A DNA stretch of 63,965 bases, the filler included, from Reticulomyxa filosa (lineage: Eukaryota; Protista; Foraminifera), in the NCBI GenBank assembly GCA_000512085.1. It is 16 parts of 16 records of this genome, joined end to end, with 100 filler letters (N's around TTAATTAATTAA, not from the genome) between each part and the next. Parts side by side here need not be neighbours in the genome. Positions count along the whole stretch, not along the records: positions 28,156 to 37,261 come from ASPP01002857.1; positions 37,362 to 38,705 come from ASPP01045276.1; positions 38,806 to 44,958 come from ASPP01033225.1; 13 more parts are not named here. One strand, written 5' to 3'. Under the pieces are notes generated by a model. The model was not told the origin of the DNA and ran no database searches. It saw only the letters and a program-made list of their open reading frames with translations. Every line of letters starts with the position of its first letter. Positions within the stretch are counted from its first letter, which is position 1. This document shows positions 28,056-41,770 of the stretch, piece by piece. The translations under genes and the position numbers were made by a program.

Positions 28056-28966
28056 NNNNNNNNNNNNNNNNNNNNNNNNNNNNNNNNNNNNNNNNNNNNT
28101 TAATTAATTAANNNNNNNNNNNNNNNNNNNNNNNNNNNNNNNNNNNNNNNNNNNNGGTGCCATGACCTAGTTTGGTCCATGTACTTTAAACTTGCTTTTG
28201 TTTACACTTTCGGGGTAGTTAGTGCCAATAACAGTGATGAGTGAATGACGAAGCAAGGAGTAGTCGGACACCTTCACGCCCTCCCGGTGCAAAAGCTTTA
28301 AAAAAAAAAAAAGGAACTGAGTTCCTTTCGTATTACACTTAGTCCAGCTAACTGTTCCTAGATTATTATCAATTTATGTCAATTCATTATTAAAATGCTT
28401 GTTATATCAATGCAAATGTATAATTCTGTTTTACTAAAATGTGATTTGATTTCGTTGGTTATAATCTTTACATATCTTGACATTAACTTATTGTAATAGT
28501 ATCTCTATCTACAAACTAATATGCTTATATATTTTTACTTTGTAACGTTGAAGAAGATGAAAAATATAAATTTGCAGAGAAAGTCATTTGATAAATTAAT
28601 GTTGAAGGTTAGATCATTTATCACATTAAGAAAAGCAAATATAATAGAACATAAAAAACACTAATTATAATACTTAATAGTTGAAAATGCAGAAAATTAA
28701 TATCAATGAGAAATCCAACTATCTAAAACTTACTTCTATTCAAAATATGACATTTATTTTGTTTTTCCACGCTTTGCTTACACGAGCTTTCGAACTTGTA
28801 GTTATTTTCCAGAAGGAAGAAAGCAAAAAAATTGTGACATTTTTATTCTTGTTGAAAGAAGCACATTTTACAGTGGATTCACTACACTAAATTTTTTTGA
28901 AAACGCAATTGTGGGCATCAAATAATCGAGTTTGGAAACTTTGACCCAAAACTAGAAATGGAAAAT

Positions 28967-31850
28967 TTACCGCGGGTTTTCAACTAAGTCCTGTTATATT
29001 TACACACATAGCAAACTGTAAAAAAAAAAAAAAGAAGAGAAAAAAGTATAAAACTAGGCATATCAAACGTAACCGTTAGTGCTAAAGACAAATCTCCTTC
29101 GTGTTGTAACAATAATTGCTTTGAAGCCTCACGGGCAAAGCCCATACCAACAAGCGTATGTAATTTGTCGGAATACAAAAAATCTGATCCACTTTGAGGT
29201 CGTGCAAGATTGTCATTGGGTTTGGCATCGTCAACCATAGACATCGGCTCTCCCTCGTCCTCGAATTTTTCCTTTTCCCCTATTGGTTCTGCAATGACGT
29301 TGACAGTGACAGACAGCCGAGGTCCAAAAAGAGTAAGATCGTTGGCGAATTGAAAGTAGCTTTGATAACGTCCAGGTGTTTTGAAAGCAGTGAAGTCCAA
29401 ATTCACCCAGACGCTTTCTCCAGGCAAGCAATCTGGAACGCGCCCATCGTCGATCAATAAATTGTGTCCGTACACAAATGTCAGCCTGCATTTCTCAAAT
29501 GGGGCCTTTCCAATGTTTCGAATATGCCATTTCGCCGACGCACTCGTGTTAGCCACAACATCGTGCAAAGGTATTTGTTCTAATACCTCAGCATCGAAGT
29601 AACCACTTCCTAACAGAGATATCATATCCATCGGCTGTTTGTCTCTTAGAGCTTTACTTGGGTTATTTTCATTGAATGGTAATCCTTTTCTTTCATTCTT
29701 TTCAATTGGTTTCATTTGTTGTTGTTGTTGTTGTTGTTGTTTCGAGCTATCATCACATTTCGGAGCACTCGTGGCTGAGTTGTAATAATCTCCGAAGATT
29801 TGCTGAAAGCCATGCATCGTCTGCAAAGGCAAGGTTTTATATGCACAGCGTATTTTGGCCGTGATGTGGGATTTGTCATGACGTTCCAATTGCTCGCAAC
29901 GCTCGCACAGATCATAATCTTTGCACATTAAACATTTGAAGCGAGTGCCAAGAATTGGCAAGAGTCTACATTCGCTGCACGCGATTCCCTCGTGTCGTTC
30001 GAGCAATGCTTTGCTTTTATTTGACTGTTCACGAGGTTGTGACGAGTCATTGTCACAACTCTCTTTAATGTCGCATCCCTCGAACTGGCTCTCTTTTTTT
30101 CCGTAAAAGAGGACCTCTGTTGTTTTTGCACCTCTCCTTGTTCCAAAAGGAGTTGTTCTTTTTTGATGTATTCTTCCACCACATAACGAGGAGGGATGTC
30201 ATCCAATGAAGGAGGAGGAGATACACTGACCGAAGGAGATCTTTCCCGACGATTGTTTTTGTCTCTGTGTTCCTTTTCTTTTGCTTGTTCCTTCGTGTTC
30301 TGATCCGCACTCTTTTGTTTATGTTTCTTCATCTCCTATTTTCACAAAAAAAAAAGAATGTCAAGAGCCTCTCAATATACGTGTACGTATGTCAAGAAAA
30401 TTACTTCATTGAAAAATTCCGTGTATAGCAAAGGTGTCACATCTAAGTTGAATTCCGGACTTTGACCACACAGAAATGCATTCACCCCACTTAAGATTTG
30501 TGGACTTAATGTTTTGACTACACCCGGGCCTTAACATCCAATTGTATCCACAGACACATGTGTATAAATACACAGATATGCACAAATGTGTTGGTTTGGT
30601 CATGACACCGTTACGAAAATAAAAAGCAAGAAAAAACGGAGGGACAAAAAATGATGAATAAATAAAAGACATTCCCTTTGAGAAAAATGGTGTGTAAGTT
30701 TGTGGGAAAAAACAAACTTTGACAAGATGGTTGTTGTTGTTGTTATTATTGTTGTTGTTGTTGTTGTCCATACCAAATGCTTTTGCAACACTAAAGATTT
30801 GGAGCAACTGCGATCGCAAGATATCACCCTCGCATGTTTCCAAAAAAGGCGCAATGGTGTTGCGATAGGACTCGTGATTAATTAGCGTTGCAAAGCGATC
30901 GGAGTGAGATTCAAGCACCTGCTTCGTCAGCAATCCCAAATGGACTGCAGTCTGGCAAAGGGGCTCACGCACCTGTTCCTGCCAAAGCTGCGCAAACTCG
31001 ACTACAAACACTTCGCCCAATGTAGGGTCCGTTTTTGTTACATATTCATTCGCCATCGCCAAGAACTTGAGTTTGCTGTTTGTTGTGTCAATTGCAATTC
31101 AAGTAACATGTTATAAATATATATATTTATAACATGTCTGATTGCTGTTCCTTCTTCTTGTCGGCATTCTCACTGTTGAGATTCACAGTGCCATCAACTC
31201 GAGGTTTGTTCACGTCATTTGACATCACGTCATTCTCTTCTATCGGCTTGACGTTTTTTTTTATGCTGTTATTTTTCAAACTCGCGATTTCTCCTTTTTT
31301 GCTCTTTTTTTTTGGGGGGGGGGAGGAGAAAAAGGGGGAGAAATTTCTTTTTGTGTACGTATGGGAATTGTGAATATGGAAATACTTGGTATGATGTGAC
31401 GTCGATTGAGTCATATTTGATTTGTTTTTTTAGTTTAGAACGTAATCATACATACATACTGGAAAAGTCCTTGGAGAGACTAAAAATCGAAGTTTTTTGG
31501 TGGATTCAATCGCAAGACTTATGTCCTTGTCATCACTACAAGTTACCATGTCACCCTATGTTTGTTCAGTGTGCACTGTGGTGATCAACACTCCGTCCTT
31601 GTTTTATTTTGATTTTTTCTCCTTAACCATTTTCCTTTCTTTTATAAATATGCATATGTTAAACTTCTTCGTCTTCGTACTGGACGACAAAATCTGAAAC
31701 TGCTTCCCATTTATGCGATTGAACAAATTCGATTAGTGCCTTGTAAGGCTCCACTGACGGGCAAAGAAAGCTTGCATATTTCCCATCTTCCTTTTCCCCT
31801 GCGAATTTTACTTCTATACTTACATAGAAAACTACTGGTTTCAGAGACAT
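28967..31850 (-). CDS. NBR1: NBR1-like selective autophagy receptor (PB1 - ZZ - FW/Ig-like - UBA), multi-exon; one apparent homopolymer frameshift at 30094-30100
   Basis: PB1 OPCA motif spliced as QYEDEE|GDMVTCSDDKDI; ZZ HEGIACSEC..RFKCLMCKDYDLCERC; FW KWHIRNIG..PGRYQSYFQ..FGPRL; UBA LVGMGF..LLQHEGDLSLALT|DLVENPR*. Confidence 0.9.
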
Positions 31851-32725
31851 GGATTCTTCACTTTTTTGAAATTATTCAATTCGAAACCGGGGACTTTACT
31901 AAAAATATAAGCACTAAAACAGTTCAACTCTTGTTCCAAAAGATTTACTTTTAACTTCATCTTTTACTTCAATAACTTGTGATATTATTGTAACTTATTT
32001 GTTTTTTGAAACAAATTTTTCTATACATAAAACTTGAATAATATCATTAAAATTTTTGTTAAATATGTAAAGTTTGTGCTATTTTAAGTACATAATATTT
32101 TTTAATAAATATTTTTTTTTACAAGTTTTTTGCATTTTTTCTGTTATATTTATCATAATTTTGTTAATACAACTTTGAATTTTGTTTTAAATCAACCAAA
32201 TGACATAAAAAATCACCAAATTATTGAAAACAGAAAAAGAGCCAAAAATAAACATAACTATAGTATGTTGTAGAAACCAACAAGCTTCGCAAGGTGCCCT
32301 TTTCGTGTGAACCGTAGCAAAATTTCTCTTTTTGACCGAATTGTGTGTCTCAGATACTTTCATATATCAACAACTAGTGGTATAGTCACATATGCTTTAG
32401 TCTTTACAACGGATTATATGCTATATATCCTTTAGAGTGCTGTTCCAGAGTCACTGCTATGACGTTGCAATTTTTTGGATTCATTTGTTTAGTGACATTT
32501 CGTTTGCTCTTGATTCATATTAGAGTATCCTCAACGAATAGAGAGAAGAATATTTATTCAACAGTTGTATGTGAACAGAAAAGGATTTAATCTATTTTAA
32601 AAAAGAAAAAAAAAGAGGAAAAAAGAGAAAAAAGAAGGAAAAAAGAAATAGACATGAAAAATTAAGAAAAAATGATATAAAAGTGGTCTCAGTCACAAAA
32701 GACCAATAATTAGTGTTTAAAAAAT

Positions 32726-35700
32726 CTATTTAGTACACCCGACAGAAACATGATTGGCAGGAAACCAGCCTTGGTTGTCTTCAAAGTTTTTAACAAAGCC
32801 GTATAACCAACCGTCGCTATTAGTATCGTCTGTAACTACCAACACCGTATCCCTCTTGAAAGTTAGTTCATTTGCTCGATAGCCTCCGCTATAATCAAAC
32901 AGGGCAACGGCAGTTTTTACATTTTGCGAAAGTACCGTGCATGGGCTGTCTGCTTGCTCCGCGTTTTCCTCTTCTGCTCCAGGAACGTTGGATCTTTCCG
33001 CCGTGGGCGACTTTGAATTTTTTTAATCATTTTTGTTCTTTTACATCACTAAGAGAACGTAACAACAGAAAAAGAAGAAAATATTGCCACTTACATCACT
33101 TTGCATAACATCTGTCATAAACCTCTCTAGAGTTTGTAACATTTTCATTGCTTTCTTTTTCTTAGCATTAAATTCGGACAACATTTCTAAAGCGGATTTG
33201 TTTTGAGTTTTGATGTCATTTTGTTTTATTGCCAACGAGATAAAAAAAGTTAACCTTGTGCTTCGATAGTCTGTCCAGCTTTTAACATTTCAGTTATATG
33301 ACTAATAAATACACCAGCTCTTTTTTCAAAAGAATCGACCAAATTTCGAATGTTTGTGTCTCCCTCGCGCAATTGTTCACGAATTAAAGTCGATTTTTTT
33401 CTGTGTTTTGACGTCTGTCGTTGCAAAGGTATAACAGGCGCAGTCTCGGCTTCACTTTCTAAGTAGTGTGCAAACAGAGAAGAACTTAGGGGCCCCAAAA
33501 TCGCGAAGAAAAAAAACTCTTACCGTCACATTCTGGAACAGGTAAGCCTTTCTGTAAACCAGTTGGAGTTGTTACAGGTATCTCAGCCTCTAAAACAATT
33601 TGTGTAGCATTTTCGTCGTCACTGGTAATTTCCAGAGGTTCAACACAGTCACCACCTACGTCTGGCAAGTTTTCGAAACTTGGTCTTTTTTTGTTGGCGA
33701 AAACTTTTGACGAATTTTGGCCATTTGGTAAATGTGCGCTATTGTTATCGCTGACGCCCACTTTGCCTAGTGCCGTAATAACTTGATTTTGGTGTGTTTT
33801 CGTATGTGGATCAATTTGTTGTGAGTTGTGCTGGGACAGGGATTCTCTTCTTACTTTGTTCGATTTATCGATACTGACTCTGCGAGGTTTTTCTCTTTCT
33901 TTCTCAGAGTCGATATTAGCCATGCTCACTATAAAATACCATGTGTCACACAAAAAAATCATTCCAGTTTTACTTTGTTTCTACACCATTATTTTTGATA
34001 ATGCATTTCTCAAAAAAATTTTGCTAAACTAAAAGCCGGAGCAGCCGGTATATTTTTGTTTTGTGTTACTTCCGTTTCTGTCATCTATCGTCGCGTTGTA
34101 AATCAAAAGTGAAAGTAGCAAAAAAAATGCAAAAGCCTTATATATGTGTATGCATACAGTACGTATAAAAACAAAAGTGATAAAAATGTTTTGATTATTA
34201 ACGAGAACTTTGTATAAAAAAAAAAATGAACTTGTGATTGTACACTTCTTGGCAAATCTATTCGCGGCACAGAGATTCTCTTTTGAAAATTCGAAGAAAC
34301 GGGAGGAGGGGGAATCTCAGAGATTTTGTGTTGACATTGATCGAATGCTGCCAAAACAGCAACTTTTCCGTGAGGACTCTCCGCACGGCTCGTAACATTT
34401 GGTGCGATTGCAAATGCCTCACCCCGACTTCTTTCCATTGGTTTCATTTGATCCATTTTACCAATGAAATCATAAGTGCTCGGATTAACTGCCCTGTCTT
34501 GTTCTATTAATTCTCTGTCGTTTGGCAGTATGTCTTCTGTATTGCTTATCATCGTTGCCATCACTGTTTTCATATACTCTATTTTTGTTTTGTTTTGTCG
34601 CTTTTTATGGACGTTTTTTTTTTTCTGATACTTTAGAAAATTTTACTTATACCAAGATCGTTTCTTTCTCTCAATTCATTGTTTGCTCGCAGCATGTTAG
34701 GGCCGATAACAATAGCCAAATTCGAAGCAGTCATTCTACTTGTAGATTCAAATTTTAAACACTGCACACATTCACCCAACAGAAATATATAACAGTGGTC
34801 AGCAAATGAAAGAGAGGAGAAAAAAAATGTGGATACGTAACAAAATGTAAAAAGCGGACGAGTCTGGTCATGATAAAGAGATTTTTCAACGGCAGCTTAC
34901 GAACAAGTGGTTTGAGCTGTTGTATTTGTTGGCTTTTGTCATTATACTGACCAATCCGAATGAATTGTCCGTAAAACTCCAATGGAATCAATGGCGGGTC
35001 AATTGATCGCAGACAGCGTTTAAGCAACGTTGTTTTTGTGTGTACGTCATTTGATTTTAAACTACCAAAGTTTGGCATTCTCCCTTTATTGTCATATAAT
35101 CATTTGTTTTTTTTTTCTCAGCACTCTACAATATAAAGTAAAAAAAACAATTGTTTTGCTTTGTTTGTGAAAGTTTAACAGCAAACCTAATTCGATTTCG
35201 TGTTGTAGTTCTTCAACCCTAGTTCTTTCACCTCCTTCTCGGAATATTCCTTCCGTGGCCATATCTTCTGTCATGTGAGGCAGCAGATTAAATATAGCTG
35301 CGATTTTTATATGCCAGATGTGTTGATTGATTTTATCGACAAATTCGAGCAAGCTTTTTGCATCCTTCGCTTGAAAAACGTATATACCCTTTGCACGATC
35401 AACATGTGCGGGCACCTCAAGTACTATCAAATTATCTTTTCCCACATTCCGAATTATCTCATGATCTGTCTTTGCCATTACACCACCCATTGGCAGATAT
35501 TTTTCTGCTTGCTTTCCTTTCTATTATTTTAATTGTACATTGAAGATTTTCATTTCTTTTTTTTTAATTTACTTTTGGAGTCGGTTTTTGGATAATAAAA
35601 TCCTGCAAAAGTGCAAAAAAAATGTAAAAAAACAAAAATAAAAAGCGCAAGAAAAACCTGAAAGTCTGTCTCATTTTGGTACCAATATAATGTTTGTCCT

Positions 35701-36285
35701 TGATATACAAGATAGCGCTGATGCTTATGGTTAAACAACACACCAATTTTCGAATAATCATCCATCCAGCCATGCCAAAAGATTGGCTTTTTTGGATCAG
35801 CACCTTTTCTTATCTTTTTTTATTTTTGGAGTGAGAAATTAGAAAGAGAGACATTACAAGAAAACAAATTGTTTTTTTGGCATTTTGCTCGCCATTTAAC
35901 CTGACGGGATCGCTTGTCTCCATAATCTTCAGATGACTCCAATAATATGGAATATCTCTTCGGACCTGTTCCTAATGATTCAAATACATGATAGACACGA
36001 ACTAATTCTTCGCTGTTGGTTTTATATTGTTCTTCTAGTACAGGACTTATTGGAATCAAATATATACAATATATATTACATGGTTTGGCTGTCCTCAAAA
36101 TAGGCAGGAACCCAAGTCAATCGAAAACGTGGAGCCGTCTTCTCACCTTCAAAGCCTTCCGGTCGGCAAGTTCGAAGTATCTCTCGAAGTTTACCAAACG
36201 TGACGTTTCCTGGAGCTGTTCTTTGAACGCAAGAACCATCAGCAAATCTTACGTATACAGGATATTTCATATCGCTTGAAGCCAT
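32726..36285 (-). CDS. Rho GTPase-activating protein with PH and C-terminal SH3 domains (possible ubiquitin-like N-terminus), multi-exon
   Basis: PH: GWM..HKHQRYLVYQGQTLYWY..YVFQAKDAKSLLEFVDKI. GAP: EGIFREGG (Arg finger), LKRCLRSIDPPLIP. SH3: AVALFDY..ELTFK..DGWLYG..QGWFPANHV. Confidence 0.88.
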
Positions 36286-37384
36286 TGTATAGTGGTTTAT
36301 TTTATTTGCTTTTTCCCTAAACACTAAGTAAAAAATAATTTTTCGATTGTCCCTTTTTTGGTACAAGTCTTCTTTTACGACATTAAATAAAAAACTACTA
36401 ATGTGATACACTTATATATATACAAATCATAAAGATGAAAACACAGATCTATAACTGTATGAAAAAAATATGTACATTAACGGAAAAATAATAGTGAACA
36501 TATACAGCACTTGCAATTGATAATACACAGTAATGTTTGATTTAGTGCTGTTTGTTGAAAATTAAAGATTATGTTTGTATATATTTGGACTAATACCTTT
36601 TTATAATTTAGTCAAATTTATTTTCTTATTTATTACTTTTTTACAATTACAAGGGTTATTATCCAGATGTATTTTTACATTTGTTCTAGTATCTTCATAT
36701 ACGATTTTGCGTATTCATTTCCCAATTTCAAAAGATATATTTCTCCTTGATGGAAACAAAAGCAGATATGAAATATAGTAGAATCATATTTAAAATTCTT
36801 TTGGGACAACGTTTCATGATCTAAAATGATAGGTTTTTTGTGATCATGACAACGAGAAAAAATGAAAAAAAGGAACACAAAAAAAAGGATTAAGTAAATC
36901 ATTGAACGAAAACTGCAAGTGATTATTACAACAAAGTATCTTGCGTATAACATTAGAATAGATCTACGAACATGGACTCTTTCTTAAATCGCGTATACAT
37001 CACAAAGATGAAAAATAAAAGCGAAAGTCTACACAACAGCAATTACAAATTAATTTTAAACTAGATGGACCAAAAATGGAGTATTGTGAGAGCAAATTTG
37101 CATACACAATGAAATGAAAGATGAATGAAATGATTGAGGAAAAAAAGAATATGTGACAATAGTTTTGTACAATATGTTAAAAAGAAAACTGAACGCCTAA
37201 AACATATCTTATGATGATTGTTGATTTTTCATTGAGAAAATCAATTATCATCATAAGATATNNNNNNNNNNNNNNNNNNNNNNNNNNNNNNNNNNNNNNN
37301 NNNNNTTAATTAATTAANNNNNNNNNNNNNNNNNNNNNNNNNNNNNNNNNNNNNNNNNNNNTTTGATGGCTCTAAAGTAATGGC

Positions 37385-37640
37385 CTATGTGTTCGGAGAT
37401 CGAAACCCCATTTCATTGGCCTTTTCGACAATACGTTCCGGGTTGTGATCAGCCATGACAATGATCAGTTCGGCCAAGTGAGTGTGAAAAGGTACTTCAA
37501 CTGGCCGTAAGGTTGATAGGCCCGAGACGTCCATCGAGCATGATCAAGATGTTGCCAGGATGAGTGTCCACATTGAACTCCACGTTTTTGAAAGAGATCA
37601 TATCTTTGCACCAATTGCAATGTCTTCAGAAAAAGCGCCA
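37385..37640 (-). pseudogene. ABC1/ADCK (UbiB) atypical kinase remnant
   Basis: Three different frames read EFNVDTHPGNILIMLDGRLGPIN / YGQLKYL / HLAELIIVMADHNPERIVEKANEMGFRS*, matching the ABC1 consensus FNADPHPGN..GRLGLIDYGQVK..EMGF. Confidence 0.7.
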
Positions 37641-38083
37641 GATTGGGCATCACGGGCGCGTCATATGAGAGATAGGACACTGACGCCGACAAGCTGTCAG
37701 GCCACGTCAGTGGAATGAATAGCAGGGCAAGCGTGCAATTGAGTAAAACGTTAGTGCGTTGTGCAAATATCTCAACTTTTTTAATGTGTATAATAGAAGA
37801 AAGATTATCATGCACAAGCACGAAGGGGGAGAAAAAAGTTCGTCAAAATAACAATTACATGTATGTGTGCAAACATAATAATATATGAATAAATAAATAA
37901 AAAGTTTATTAATTTTGGGAAATAAAATTGGAAAATAAGTTTTTTTTTGATTTGATATGATGCTAATGAGTTAAATAAACAAAGCGGAACGGGTCCTGAG
38001 AATTAAAAAAGTTTTTTTTGATGTTGTAATCAATGATCTTTAAAAGTGAAGACAGTTATTAAATATCCAAAAAAAAGAAAACG

Positions 38084-38705
38084 ATGAAAAAAAGTGAGTC
38101 ATTGTGGTGGGTGTTATGGTGTAGCACTTTGGCTTTGTGGATGGTACTGGTAACAACTGGCGTTATGAGCATATGTCAGTCGAATGGCCCTTGCATTGGG
38201 CGTAACCAAGTGCAAAAATGTTCAACAGAAGACTGGGTGTGTGCGACGATACCAGCAAATGGACACTACATAGATACACACAACGAGGAGTTGTTAGTGG
38301 AGAATGAACTGAAACGGTTTAACGAATGTAACCACACTCACATATTGCGTAGTGTTCCATTAACTTATCCTTGCGACATTAACATATGGCATGCTCGAAC
38401 ATAAACAAGTTGTTTGAGTTTTCGCAAGGCTTTATTCCGAACATGCATTTTCTGATGGACGTCAGTACTTGCCTCGATCCGCAAGTATACGTAGCTCAAA
38501 GTAATATGATCGCTATCGACGAATACGGATCGTTTACCGCTGTGGGAAATCGGGACAAATGACCTTTATGACCTTTGTCAAGGCACTGACTCAGTGCATT
38601 TGGGGATGACACACATTAGACTCTATTCACTTATAATTTAATTCCACAAGAACCACCTGCATGGACCATCTTACCAGCTCCTACTCTACTTTGGTGGCAC
38701 TGAGG
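38084..38705 (+). pseudogene. Secreted/Cys-containing protein, disrupted
   Basis: Signal-peptide-like start. Coding-like composition continues past several stops and frame changes. Confidence 0.35.
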
Positions 38706-40140
38706 NNNNNNNNNNNNNNNNNNNNNNNNNNNNNNNNNNNNNNNNNNNNTTAATTAATTAANNNNNNNNNNNNNNNNNNNNNNNNNNNNNNNNNNNNNNN
38801 NNNNNCGAAGGCGAATAATTTCATATAAAAACAAGCAAATTGACTGATATAAATCAAAAAAACATCTAAAACATAAGTTTGTACTATGACTAGTGACAAA
38901 GCCAACATCGAAATTATCAAACGAAAGAAAAGCTTACAAAAGAATATAAAGGTAGTTATAATATCAAGACAATGTAAATGATGTCATTTTATGTATATAA
39001 ATCAATCATATGTTGTATCTAAAGGAAAACAATAATATTCAAAACAAATGCAACAACATAACACTATATATCAAAATTTGTCAATATATCAAATGAATAC
39101 AACTGATAATTTTTTGTAATATATACCAAAAAAGTAATAAACAAAATGAAAGTGAATGTGATGCTAAATTGTAAAGAATAACACGTGACAGCATCAAAAA
39201 AATGAAGATATAAGCAACAAATAAAAAGAAAAAAGTAAAATTTATAGTATCATAAAAAATATTAACACAATTTGAAGAAATTACATATATTGACCTTGAC
39301 AACATGTTGAAAAACGATTGAACAATTGTTATAAATATGTTATTGAATCAATTTGCAGTAATTATTTTACATATTGTTGATCATATTGACTTGTACTTGC
39401 AGAAACAACATGTAATCAAATACTTGAATATTTTATAGAATTGAAATAGACTAAATATAAACTAAAATATAATAAAATTACTATTACTTTAAGTATTAAC
39501 AAAGCTACAATATTTCAAAAATATCAAAAAAATTATTTCAAATTGAAAATTGTTGTAAAATAATATGAATTAGAAAAATAACACATTAATGAAAAAGATC
39601 TTGAATTACAAATTAAAAACAAATACTGTAATGTAAAATTCACAACATTATTTGAAAAATAAAGTAACATATGTTATTCAATATATCCAAGTAATCAAAG
39701 AAGAAATACTCAAAAAAAAACAAAATAAAAACAATGTATACTATAAATATTAATGCTTAAAGAACAAGCAAAAGCAAAGAGTAATCAATATTAGTAACAA
39801 TGAATACATTACTTATGTAATGGAACTAATTATTTCACCAAAGAATCTATACGAAAAAAACATAAAAGTGAAAGTGAATAGCAAAAAAATAAAAAAGAAA
39901 AATAACAAAATGAAAATTTTGCAACTAAGATGTACATGAGCGCTGTGTCAATCAAGATATCAAAACTGTAAAAATTATGTAAGCAAATCGAAACAAACAA
40001 TATTCAGATCAAACAAAATTGGATTGTACAACTAGCAGAACATTTGTTCTACTTGGTAAATATGATTTTTTTGCAATTTGTCGTGAGTTATTATTAATAA
40101 GAATTATCATCATCATTTTTACATTGAACGCTTGACTTAA

Positions 40141-41770
40141 CTATATGAAGCAATTGATTTTTGTCACATTTGTTGCACTCGAATTGAATGTGAAAGCTAA
40201 GACATTACCATGGCGGACAGCAGCACCAACGTTGTATAAATATAAATATCCGAACCCATTACGCTCGAATGAAACCAGTGTTCCAGTCTCTACCAACGAT
40301 ATTCGGACGACAGTATCAACGACTCCTTTCAATAGTCGGCGCTGGTGTTATACCAAAAACACCACAACATATCCATTTCAAAGGTAAATACTAATGACTT
40401 TATTCCAATGCTGCTTAAACTCACGGACATGTTGCATGTTTTCGTCATTATTTATGTATTGGCTATTGGTATCGATACCTGTATTTTGTAATTTTGTTCC
40501 CAATTGCATGTCTCGAATATGTGCTTATGCTGTTGTAGCATGCCAAGTGCACAAGGTTCAGACTGGCGGTCAGCGCTTGCAGCACTTCGGACGTGTAAAT
40601 GTATTTGTACAGCAAGAGGTTGTTGAGCAGACCAGTAGCGCACAGTTGATGATACTGTGGAAGTCGTTCATTGTAACGGACAGAAATCGCCCGTTGATGT
40701 TGATGATGATGGTTTAGAAGAATCGGGTAGAAAGTAATATAGCAAGTGTTTCTTGTCCTTTGCAAAAGGGGCAGAAAAATATCAATAATGAAGAAAACGA
40801 AGATTGAACGATCACGGAATTTAGAGTGAATACACTTCTTCCAAATAAGGGAAAAGAGAAAAACTCGCATCTTTATTTTTGTCACTGTTTTCGTCTACAT
40901 TTGCATTAGCATTGACACTTGTAGCTGTCTTGGCACATATGGCATAAATCACCGTAGATTTGTAATCATTGTCTTTGGAGCTTTCATTACGAAACGTTAA
41001 TATTCTTTTTGGTCTTTTTTTGTATTTCTTTGTTTTTGATCTTATTGTCATTGTCATTTTCGTCATTGTTGGCCTTGTCATTGTCATTGTCATTACTTTT
41101 CATCACCTTCATCTTTTTGTCTTCTTCTTCCTTCAAGGCCATGACCTTCTTGTACTCAATCGTACTCATCGTCATCGACGCCAGCTCTTTCATGTGCGCG
41201 TTGAGATATAACTTTTTTATTTCCATCTTCTCAATTCCAACAACTCTGATTTTGAGCAAATGTGAGTGCAATTCTACAGTTTTTTCGTCGTTGTGGATAG
41301 ACGACAACAGCGTATAGCAACTTTGCACAATATTGTTACCTCTCATGATAGTGCTATGTGCATTCTGCATAGTGATTGTCCACACGATCCTCGATAGACT
41401 GTCTTTAGTGACACTGCGTGCACTATGCACGTGCGTGTAGACTGCGGACAGCCTTCTTGAGCAATTGGCTGCATGTGGAACATATATTCGAGCAGAGTTA
41501 GATTATATAAGGCCACATGTTATCGCTAACGGCACAAGCAAGCATGGCCATGCACTTGAGCACATGTTCGAACATTTTTTCGAATTTTTTTGTTATCGGC
41601 ACTGGTGCCATAGCCGTATCCAACGTAGGTCGATCCCATTTTCATCGACCCTACCTTGCAACATTGAGTCTTGAATATTCCTTGATGACTGTTTGTGTGT
41701 CCTGCAATTGGAATCGACCCTTTCTCAACCTTAATGATTGAGAAAATTTGCAGCAATATGTCGACTACTT
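40141..41770 (-). pseudogene. TOR: TOR kinase (HEAT-repeat region) degenerate remnant
   Basis: Ordered fragments in shifting frames: LQIFSIIK..VLKCMAMLACAV..LLEYMF (cf. VFTCISMLARAM..LLEPML), CAKLL, LLKIRVVGI (cf. LSKLLVVGI), RDRS..RNTCYITFYPILL (cf. QDSS..STGYVVEPYRKYPTLL). Many stops. The similarity is recalled, not computed. Confidence 0.5.

Noticed and set aside
28156-28328. GC-richer stretch with poly-A and an AAAGGAACT-G-AGTTCCTTT hairpin as a SINE or ncRNA
   Set aside because: No pol III boxes or known RNA motif. It reads equally well as a minus-strand exon at a contig edge.
30094-30100. Programmed ribosomal frameshifting at A/T runs (also 235-242, 50989-50996, 55986-55989)
   Set aside because: Single-base homopolymer discrepancies occur in both host and bacterial contigs and are most simply sequencing errors. 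No stimulatory structure was seen.
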